Source: Myxococcales bacterium (GTDB lineage Bacteria > Myxococcota_A > UBA9042 > JABWCM01). Taken from it: 23,378 bases of DNA. The translations under genes were made by a program, and so were the position numbers. A model generated the notes under the pieces. The model made no database searches, was not told where the DNA came from, and saw nothing but the letters and a program-made list of their open reading frames with translations. Position 1 is the stretch's first letter. The number at the start of each line of letters is the position of its first letter. The stretch spans positions 1 to 23,378 of the forward strand of contig JABWCM010000086.1 in assembly GCA_013360285.1 (NCBI GenBank). Reading direction: 5' to 3'. Below are positions 16,956 through 23,378 of this stretch, piece by piece.

Positions 16956-18068
16956 ATGATGGATCTGAACACTCTGAGAATTTGCACAAGAATAGCTTTT
17001 CGATCCTGGATGGACTCTTTTTCTCAAGGTCCGTGTAACTATTTTGTTGCAAATTCAGCATTATCGAAAAAAGTCGGGTGCGGGTCGTGGGCGAAGATGT
17101 TGCGAATTGGCCAGGGAAAAGTTGAGGAATGTCGAGAGATTGCCGTAGTGTTTTTTGCGAACGAGGCAACCCAAATTCTCCGTCACCAGCGTGCCAACTT
17201 ATTTTTGGGCAAGCCAGCGCCGTATGTGACCCATGCCTGGCTTTGTTTGGTAGTCGCCTTGCTGTCGTTCGCGTTGAATTCAGCATGTAAACATCAATCG
17301 TCACCAGTATCCCCGCCGTCCCCGACGACGACCACCGCCCATCGGGCGCCGCTGTCTGTCGTCCCTGAGTTCACATCGAAACCAGCGACGCCTCAACAGC
17401 AAGACGACGAGGCACCAATCAATCCCATCTCGGTAAATCTGAATAACACGAACCTAGGCAGCACATCGACATCGTCGGATTTGGTCTGGTTATCTCATCC
17501 AACGCTTCCGTTTTCAATCACGGCAACCGAAATTTCGGTTCAGCAATTCAAATCTTGCGTCATGAACGGAAAATGCATTCCCCAGAATCGTAAACCATGC
17601 AATTTTGGCGTAGAAGGCAAAGAAAATCATCCCATGAATTGCATAAATTACTATGGAGCGGAGGAGTTTTGTCACTTTGCCGGGGGGAGAATCTGCACTG
17701 AAACGGAGTGGCTCGCGGCCTGCTCCGGCAGCAATGGACGCGCCTTCCCCTACGGCAACGAATTCGACATTTCTGTATGTAATCACCAAAGCGCCACATC
17801 GCCGACATCGGCAAAACCAAAAGACACCGCACCCGTGAAGTCATTCGGTCAGTGTGAGGGCGGCCTGCCGGGTCTCTTCGACATGGCCGGCAACGTTACT
17901 GAATGGGTAAATGGTTGCAAGGACGACTATTGCAAATTTCGCGGGGGCGGGTTTGTAAACAACGATCCAGTGGAAAGATTTACAGGTTGCAGCGGAGTGT
18001 GTTCGGGAAACAAAAAAGGATTTCTTTCTCCCACTATCGGCATTCGCTGTTGCCGAGATGCGGATTAA
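16956..18068 (+). CDS. Exported FGE/SUMF1-domain protein (formylglycine-generating-enzyme family fold). It has an N-terminal segment, then a TM/signal helix, then a Pro/Ser/Thr-rich linker before the domain.
   Basis: The C-terminal domain carries hallmark FGE-sulfatase motifs: ...ENHPMNCINYYGAEEFCHFAGGRICTETEWLAACSG...RAFPYGNEF...FDMAGNVTEWVNG...RGGGF... followed by Cys-rich ...CSGVCSG...IRCCRD. The hydrophobic helix is AWLCLVVALLSFALNSAC (a possible lipobox if translation starts at the GTG at 17226 or the ATG at 17098). The low-complexity linker is SPVSPPSPTTTTAHRAPLSVVPEFTSKPATPQQQDDEAP. Confidence 0.7.
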   Translation: MMDLNTLRICTRIAFRSWMDSFSQGPCNYFVANSALSKKVGCGSWAKMLRIGQGKVEECREIAVVFFANEATQILRHQRANLFLGKPAPYVTHAWLCLVVALLSFALNSACKHQSSPVSPPSPTTTTAHRAPLSVVPEFTSKPATPQQQDDEAPINPISVNLNNTNLGSTSTSSDLVWLSHPTLPFSITATEISVQQFKSCVMNGKCIPQNRKPCNFGVEGKENHPMNCINYYGAEEFCHFAGGRICTETEWLAACSGSNGRAFPYGNEFDISVCNHQSATSPTSAKPKDTAPVKSFGQCEGGLPGLFDMAGNVTEWVNGCKDDYCKFRGGGFVNNDPVERFTGCSGVCSGNKKGFLSPTIGIRCCRDAD

Positions 18069-18086
18069 CACCGGTAAATCAGTAAC

Positions 18087-19121
18087 TTAAAGCCGCTGCG
18101 CTCCAGCCGCTGTCACATGTGAGAACAATGCCTCCAGGGAATTATCCCGAGCAACGACGCGATAAATGAGAGCGCCGGAAGATAAAACTACCGTCGCAAG
18201 ATCTCGATACGCCTGATCCGGCGATTCGGTTAGTAATTCAAGTACGTGGTCGCCTGCAACCTTCAGTTCTCTAACATGTGGCAACCCAATGAGAGCTTTT
18301 GCCAGTTTTCGAGCGTTGTCGACCTCAAGCTCAATCCGATGAGGATATCGGTCACGTAACTGACTTAGTAACGAGCCGATGTGGCCCATTCCGAGCAGCC
18401 GCCCGTGTGCCAAAATTCCCACTCGATCGGTTAGGCTCTCAATTTCGTGAAGAACGTGCGAGGTTATCAACACAGTACGCCCATGATTGCCCAACCATTC
18501 AATATGTTGTCGTAATCGCTGACGATTCGGCGGATCGACACCGAGAAAGGGTTCGTCCAAAAGGACAACTCCTGCATCGGCAACCAGTGCCAGACCCAGC
18601 TTGAGCCGCTGGCGCATTCCTCGGGACCAGGTTTCTACCTTACGAGCACCGTCGGCCGTCAGACCAACGAGTTCCAGCGCACTAGCAGCATTGGTTTTTG
18701 CCTCAGACACGCTGCACCCTCTCGCCAAAAACGCAATCTCTAGGTTTTTCAGCCCAGAAACATTTTCATAGAAAGCCTCAACCGCCGGAACCAGCGTGAT
18801 CTTACTTCGCACGGCCGCGCTAAAAAACGGTTCCTCACCGAAAACCGTCGTTTTTCCCTCACGTGGAAGAATTAACCCAGTTAGAACCCTCATGAGAGTC
18901 GTTTTTCCGCTGCCATTTGGACCGACAAGCCCAGTAATTCCTGGGCCAAGGCCCAACGTCACTCGACTCAACCCAACAACTTCACCGTAAAACACGGTAA
19001 CATCCCTTAAAAGGGCGACTGAATCGATCGGACTATCATCCGATGCACCCTTCAAGTTCGTCACGGAATCATCTCCTTTTTTGCGCGAGCGTGGATCCCC
19101 ATATAACCAAGCAGGCCCCAC
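18087..19121 (-). CDS. ABC transporter ATP-binding protein with a C-terminal accessory domain (the distal gene of the four-gene ABC cluster)
   Basis: Motifs present: Walker A GPNGSGKTT, signature WSRGMRQR, Walker B VVLLDEPF, H-loop TSHVL. The annotated ATG overlaps the upstream permease gene by 61 nt. A downstream GTG (about VTNLKG.. or VALLRDVTVFYGE) may be the true start. Confidence 0.8.
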   Translation of the reverse strand: MGPAWLYGDPRSRKKGDDSVTNLKGASDDSPIDSVALLRDVTVFYGEVVGLSRVTLGLGPGITGLVGPNGSGKTTLMRVLTGLILPREGKTTVFGEEPFFSAAVRSKITLVPAVEAFYENVSGLKNLEIAFLARGCSVSEAKTNAASALELVGLTADGARKVETWSRGMRQRLKLGLALVADAGVVLLDEPFLGVDPPNRQRLRQHIEWLGNHGRTVLITSHVLHEIESLTDRVGILAHGRLLGMGHIGSLLSQLRDRYPHRIELEVDNARKLAKALIGLPHVRELKVAGDHVLELLTESPDQAYRDLATVVLSSGALIYRVVARDNSLEALFSHVTAAGAQRL

Positions 19122-19852
19122 GCCAACAAGACTCCAAAGCCCAGCAACCCAATCATCGCGCGGTCCTTACCGTCATTGAACAAGAACGCAGTCAAAAATG
19201 TGGACGAGCGCACGGGACCGACTGGAACTGCGTCGGTTCCGAACATGCCCTGAGCCAACCCGTCGGGTACTGTCAAAAGTATAATTGCCAAGACGACGGC
19301 CCAACGTGTTTGTTTGGTGACGGCACTACAACCAACGGTCATTCCCGCCAACCCCGTGGCGGTTGCACCGGCGACAAGGACGGCTTTCGCAATCATCAGT
19401 CCGGATTGGGCAAAGGTCACATGTACGAGAATGCCCGCTTGCAGCAAAGCGACCACCGCGGCAGGTACGCACAACAGCAACGCAACCGGCGCCCACACCG
19501 ACGTTAACTTACCAATTGTATAGTGCCACGGTAGCACGGGGCGAGTCGCGTATAGAAACAATACATCCTCATGACGATCCCTCGCTATGCTTGGAGTCCC
19601 AAGTCCCAGCGCCAAAAGAACGACCACGCGCGTCTGGACCTCCAGAAAACGATAAACGGGATCCCAGTCCAACGTTCGTGAGAAATTCTTATCTAACCAG
19701 GCTTGCCCCACCAACACCGTGGTAATAACCAAAACCGGCAAGATACTGAACAATGCCAATATCTTCACCAGCCGGAGCTGCCATGCAAGTCGCAGTTCAC
19801 GGCGAGCGATGGTGCTCACGACATGCCTTGACGTCGGCGCCTTATGTACCAT
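19061..19852 (-). CDS. ABC-2 type transporter permease
   Basis: The 263-aa protein has six or more hydrophobic helices. It overlaps the upstream ATPase gene by 11 nt. Confidence 0.65.
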   Translation of the reverse strand: MVHKAPTSRHVVSTIARRELRLAWQLRLVKILALFSILPVLVITTVLVGQAWLDKNFSRTLDWDPVYRFLEVQTRVVVLLALGLGTPSIARDRHEDVLFLYATRPVLPWHYTIGKLTSVWAPVALLLCVPAAVVALLQAGILVHVTFAQSGLMIAKAVLVAGATATGLAGMTVGCSAVTKQTRWAVVLAIILLTVPDGLAQGMFGTDAVPVGPVRSSTFLTAFLFNDGKDRAMIGLLGFGVLLAWGLLGYMGIHARAKKEMIP

Positions 19853-20780
19853 GGTGTTCGGTACCCTCCATCATGTGAACAACCGCGTCCTCAAGGCTTG
19901 CCAACTCCGGCCCCAGCGAACGAACCTCGGCGTGACGTTCTGCTACTACACGCCAAAAGGCGCGCCAATGGCTGTCGTCATTGGCTACAAACATCACTCC
20001 GTTGGGACGAACCTTGGTGACTACGACACCGTACGACGTTAACAACGCAGCAAATGTCGCATCTATACCATATCCTTCGGCAGATATCGGACCTCCCGTA
20101 CTACCAGTGAGTTGTTGTTTCGTACCGTGATATGCCACCGTCCCCTCGCTGAGCAGCAGCATCTCATCGCAAACAACTTCCGCATCCGCCATGATATGGG
20201 TGCTCATCAAAATACGACGCCCTTGATCACGCAAATCGCGAATTAATCCGAGTAACTGAACACGACCAGGCGGATCCAAACCAATCGTAGGTTCATCTAA
20301 AATAAGTATCTCTGGATCCTGCACCAGACTCATCGCCAGTTTACACCTCTGCTTCATGCCGGTGGAAAATCCCGAAGTGGACCGGTATCGCTCCTCACCT
20401 ACAGCCAGCGCATCCAACGCACGATGGGCTCTACGCAGGGCATCTGAACGTCCGAGACCGCTCAGCATGCCGGCAAAGGCAACCGCGTCGACGCCCGAAC
20501 CTCCCGGGAAAATTCCTGCTTGTTCGGCCATCACACCAGCGCGAGCGCGCACTTCCATTGCCATTTCCGGCAATCGGTAACCTAACACGCGCACAACCCC
20601 CGATTCAGCCCGCAATACACCTAACAACGTTCCGATCAGGGTCGACTTGCCGGAGCCATTAGCACCAACCAAACCAACCGCTTTACCCCTCATCGCCGCG
20701 GAAATGTCCACCAAAACCGGCCGTCCACTGCGGCGAACGGATACATTCTCCAGTTCGATCCATGCCTCCGCCATCAACAC
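19842..20780 (-). CDS. ABC transporter ATP-binding protein
   Basis: Motifs present: Walker A GANGSGKST, signature FSTGMKQR, Walker B ILILDEPT, H-loop STHIM. It overlaps the upstream permease gene by 7 nt. Confidence 0.85.
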   Translation of the reverse strand: MLMAEAWIELENVSVRRSGRPVLVDISAAMRGKAVGLVGANGSGKSTLIGTLLGVLRAESGVVRVLGYRLPEMAMEVRARAGVMAEQAGIFPGGSGVDAVAFAGMLSGLGRSDALRRAHRALDALAVGEERYRSTSGFSTGMKQRCKLAMSLVQDPEILILDEPTIGLDPPGRVQLLGLIRDLRDQGRRILMSTHIMADAEVVCDEMLLLSEGTVAYHGTKQQLTGSTGGPISAEGYGIDATFAALLTSYGVVVTKVRPNGVMFVANDDSHWRAFWRVVAERHAEVRSLGPELASLEDAVVHMMEGTEHHGT

Positions 20781-21505
20781 AACTCCGCGAGATCCCGCTT
20801 ACTGAATGCCCGAGCCATCAGCCCAAAACAAAGAACAGCGACAACTACCAGTAAGACAATTGAACCGGTGATAGACATGTTTTCGGTCGCCAACAAGCCT
20901 CCAATGGTGATCGCGTGTTCGTGTCCGGCAATATTTGCAACATGGGCGGACAGCGCGATTTGCCTTAACGCGAACGGAACTTGCCCTATAAAATGATCGG
21001 CTGCGAGGTAGACGATCAATCCCGTAACCAGGCCGTGTTTGGTATACAAATGAACAAGTGAGAACACAGACATGTAAGCTAGACTACCGAGCAGACAGGC
21101 CAGAAGCTCTCTCAGTGTCACGTCTACTCCCAATCCTGCGGCTAGCGCCAAAGTTAATTGAACTGCGCCTAAAAATACAAACACAAGTACGCTACACAGA
21201 AGGGTACGAACAATCGCGAGCACAAAACGGTCAACTGGTCCCAATAACAGATGAAGCAACGTACGCCTCGAGAGTCCATCTCGGATTGGCACTTCCGCAA
21301 CCAAAACCGACGTGACTGCAACACCCGGAATCAATGCAAAAACCCGCAAATCAGTAATTGTGTGCGCCGGCAATTGGCCGGCCAACACCCCAACCAGCAC
21401 CGCACCGATGCCAACAATCGACCCATAAAATAACGCCCGTGTTCCTCGGGTGGCCGCCAATGTCTGAAACTGCGTTCGAATTGCGACGCCGGCACCAGTC
21501 CACAT
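20774..21505 (-). CDS. ABC-2 type transporter permease (first gene of the four-gene ABC cluster)
   Basis: The 243-aa protein is a polytopic membrane protein. A GGAG Shine-Dalgarno (complement of 21512-21515) lies 5-6 nt upstream of the ATG at 21505, and it overlaps the TAA stop of the nucleotidyltransferase gene at 21516-21518. Confidence 0.7.
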   Translation of the reverse strand: MWTGAGVAIRTQFQTLAATRGTRALFYGSIVGIGAVLVGVLAGQLPAHTITDLRVFALIPGVAVTSVLVAEVPIRDGLSRRTLLHLLLGPVDRFVLAIVRTLLCSVLVFVFLGAVQLTLALAAGLGVDVTLRELLACLLGSLAYMSVFSLVHLYTKHGLVTGLIVYLAADHFIGQVPFALRQIALSAHVANIAGHEHAITIGGLLATENMSITGSIVLLVVVAVLCFGLMARAFSKRDLAELC

Positions 21506-21515
21506 CTTTTGCTCC

Positions 21516-22544
21516 TTATTTTAGCCCTTGGCTCAACTGACTCTGTAACGATTTGATGGATTCATTGACGTCGTACCAAAGTCCAAGATGGCTGAGACCC
21601 ACCCGCTTTAGCTCCTCGGAGTATCGAGTCAACAAAGCAACATTTCGAGATATTTTGTGGTATTTGATTTCAGTTTCTGCTTTTTTCTGGGCAAAACTGT
21701 TACCATATTTCCGCTTAATGACCCATTTTTCCCTGAGTTCCTCCACCAACTCAACAACGCCCCCAATTCGGGTATCCAGCAAACGCGCACTCCACTCCGC
21801 AATTTGTCCCCGCCGGTCTCGTACCGGCTCAACATTCAAATCACGCGACACTAGGTCCTCTGCGTTTGGCAAATAATCGTAGACCCATCGGTTTTGGAAC
21901 AGAATATCGAAATAGTGTTGTCCACCGAAGAGTGGAACTGCTTTTGCCAATTCCCAAGCGATGTAAATCGATGGAGGAAATTGCCGTTTTTGGGGGCCAA
22001 CGATGTAGTTGAGGCAAAATTCCGGCTCGGAGAATCCACCGGACAATCGAGTCAGCCACCGAATAACCAGCCAGGTTGACCACAATCTCCGATCATCCAC
22101 GAGACACATCAAATCGGCATCTGCACCGATTCGACTATTACCAGCCGCCAATGATCCGGTGACCAGTGCCATACGAATTGATGGATAAGCTCTTAAGAAT
22201 CCGCCATAGTACAAACATCTGGACCAATGTTCGGCGCTAACCGTATCGGCAACCAAGCGTTGTTCAAATAACTCCTCTCGCCCACGCAAAGTAATATAAC
22301 ATACATTTTCACGCATATAACGAGCGATATGTACACAATTTGGCAACAAATCTTCGATCTCTTCTCGCGAAGCACGGTGTCCGACGAGGAACCTGTGTAG
22401 CTGCGCAGCATCCAGCGCGTAGTCGAAAAGTGAGGAGTATGTCAGCGTCGCAACAATTGCCTCAGACAGAGTGGGCGTCGGTGACCTCAGCAAATTCGTT
22501 TCTCCAAGACGATACAAATGTGGTCCCCGCCCCACACTGAGCAT
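21516..22544 (-). CDS. Pol-beta-superfamily nucleotidyltransferase-domain protein (N-terminal minimal-NTase fold, about 200-aa uncharacterised C-terminal region)
   Basis: The motif GSLAAGNSRIGADADLMCLVDD fits the G[SG]x(9-13)DxD nucleotidyltransferase signature. The gene is translationally coupled to the downstream ABC permease. Its start codon lies inside the 3' end of the methyltransferase gene. Confidence 0.6.
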   Translation of the reverse strand: MLSVGRGPHLYRLGETNLLRSPTPTLSEAIVATLTYSSLFDYALDAAQLHRFLVGHRASREEIEDLLPNCVHIARYMRENVCYITLRGREELFEQRLVADTVSAEHWSRCLYYGGFLRAYPSIRMALVTGSLAAGNSRIGADADLMCLVDDRRLWSTWLVIRWLTRLSGGFSEPEFCLNYIVGPQKRQFPPSIYIAWELAKAVPLFGGQHYFDILFQNRWVYDYLPNAEDLVSRDLNVEPVRDRRGQIAEWSARLLDTRIGGVVELVEELREKWVIKRKYGNSFAQKKAETEIKYHKISRNVALLTRYSEELKRVGLSHLGLWYDVNESIKSLQSQLSQGLK

Positions 22545-23293
22545 CTATTTTTTTTTTCGATGTCGCCAAACAGGCGAACACATGACTTTTGTAGTTTCCC
22601 TCGTGTCACAAACATCTCGGGAGGCGGCATGAAGAACCCCATCTGTTCAACGAGAACCGGGACAAATTCCGGTGAGAACAATCTTACGAACTCATCGGGA
22701 AAAAAGTAGCGGATATTTACCAATTCTGTTCCTATGCGTGCAGTGGCGGTTCCCTTTGTTAACCGGGACAACACCGTTCGCACGCCGCCAGCTTTCCAGG
22801 GAGCAAAAAAATGCCAAGGGCTAACTCTTCCCATCGGCATAACACACATGACACCATGACACTCGAGAACGCCTTCAAATGCAATACGAAGACTAGCCAG
22901 ATCTGCCTCGGCGCTTAGTGCACCAAATCCGGACACAATTGCCTGAAATGGTTCCCATGCTCTTCCATGACCGTGGTACATCTTCGCCCAATCCGAAGCC
23001 GACGCATGTACAAACCGAACACGGCTGTCGCATCCCGCCTGGTTTATCTTCCGTCGAGCTACGGCTAACATAGAAACGGACGGATCCACAGCAGTAACCT
23101 GATATCCGCGACGGGCCAAAAAAAGCGTATCATCGCCGGTACCACACCCGATATCGACAACCCTGCCCGCGGGTGGAAGAGTTTGTACCAAAATTTCGTG
23201 CCAACGACGCCGTAACCAGAAAGTAATGAAATTATTTTCAGACCCCAAACGAATATCGTAACTTTGTGCGGACAGGTCAAATGCGTGTGTCAT
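22487..23293 (-). CDS. Class I SAM-dependent methyltransferase (Rossmann GxGxG motif) with an uncharacterised roughly 130-aa C-terminal extension
   Basis: The motif VVDIGCGTGDDTLFLARRGYQVTAVDPSVSMLAVARRKI is SAM-binding motif I followed by the acidic post-I residue. The reading frame stays open upstream to the window end at 23378, so the true start could lie outside the window. The ATG at 23293 gives a normal spacing of about 45 aa to motif I. The 3' end overlaps the nucleotidyltransferase start by 58 nt. Confidence 0.7.
   Translation of the reverse strand: MTHAFDLSAQSYDIRLGSENNFITFWLRRRWHEILVQTLPPAGRVVDIGCGTGDDTLFLARRGYQVTAVDPSVSMLAVARRKINQAGCDSRVRFVHASASDWAKMYHGHGRAWEPFQAIVSGFGALSAEADLASLRIAFEGVLECHGVMCVMPMGRVSPWHFFAPWKAGGVRTVLSRLTKGTATARIGTELVNIRYFFPDEFVRLFSPEFVPVLVEQMGFFMPPPEMFVTRGKLQKSCVRLFGDIEKKNRCSVWGGDHICIVLEKRIC
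22548..22557 (-). repeat. A10 homopolymer (T10 on the plus strand) inside the 3' end of the methyltransferase CDS, 3 nt upstream of the nucleotidyltransferase ATG
   Basis: Counted directly: T at 22548-22557. On the minus strand this reads gaaaaaaaaaaTAGATG. An 11th A would create a TAG stop for the methyltransferase directly abutting the nucleotidyltransferase ATG. Confidence 0.6.
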
Positions 23294-23378
23294 AGTCGTC
23301 GCCGAAAGAATTTCGATACCGGATCGCAGGTTGCTGAATAACTCACACGGGATCCCGTTTTGAATCGTGTACGTTTTC

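Noticed and set aside
16954-17304. 116-aa minus-strand ORF overlapping the 5' region of the FGE-domain gene
   Set aside because: It is antisense to a gene with clear domain content, and it has no motifs and no ribosome-binding site.
1-23378. Searched for CRISPR arrays, tRNA/rRNA, IS elements, integrases, direct repeats flanking an island, and toxin-antitoxin or restriction-modification hallmarks
   Set aside because: I found no regularly spaced direct repeats, no transposase or integrase-like ORFs and no tRNA-like cloverleaf candidates in the intergenic regions. The SAM-MTase has a small-molecule/UbiE-like motif layout rather than DNA-MTase motifs (no DPPY/NPPY).

Overview
This 23.4-kb window looks like ordinary bacterial chromosome. 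I found no rRNA, tRNA, CRISPR array, integrase, transposase or mobile-element boundary. GC is about 50% overall and rises to roughly 55-63% in the ABC-transporter genes (hand-counted on a few lines only). Several genes are preceded by good Shine-Dalgarno motifs. Coding is dense, and I can support 18 protein genes from the translations.

Left arm, minus strand: a secreted S8 subtilisin-like peptidase with a C-terminal membrane-anchor tail. Downstream of it is an exported peptidoglycan hydrolase gene (lytic-transglycosylase motifs plus an amidase_2-like tail) that is missing from the ORF track and runs off the window start. Next comes an operon of two TlpA-like thioredoxin-fold proteins plus an ABC-2 exporter (ATPase and two permeases). 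This operon is convergent with a small tandem zinc-ribbon protein on the plus strand.

Centre, plus strand, and the most interesting part: a YqiJ/NfeD-like membrane protein, then a long flotillin/SPFH (YqiK-like) protein, then a roughly 1,850-aa soluble multidomain AAA+ ATPase of unknown function, then an exported FGE/SUMF1-domain protein. The ATPase is tightly linked to the flotillin pair, which suggests an uncharacterised membrane-microdomain-associated ATPase system.

Right arm, minus strand: a class I SAM methyltransferase, a Pol-beta-type nucleotidyltransferase and two tandem ABC-2 ATPase/permease pairs. Their gene boundaries overlap, and an A10 homopolymer sits exactly at the methyltransferase/nucleotidyltransferase junction.

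The ORF track uses ATG, GTG and TTG starts, so several start coordinates are approximate. All product calls come from motifs I recognised by eye and have not been checked against any database.
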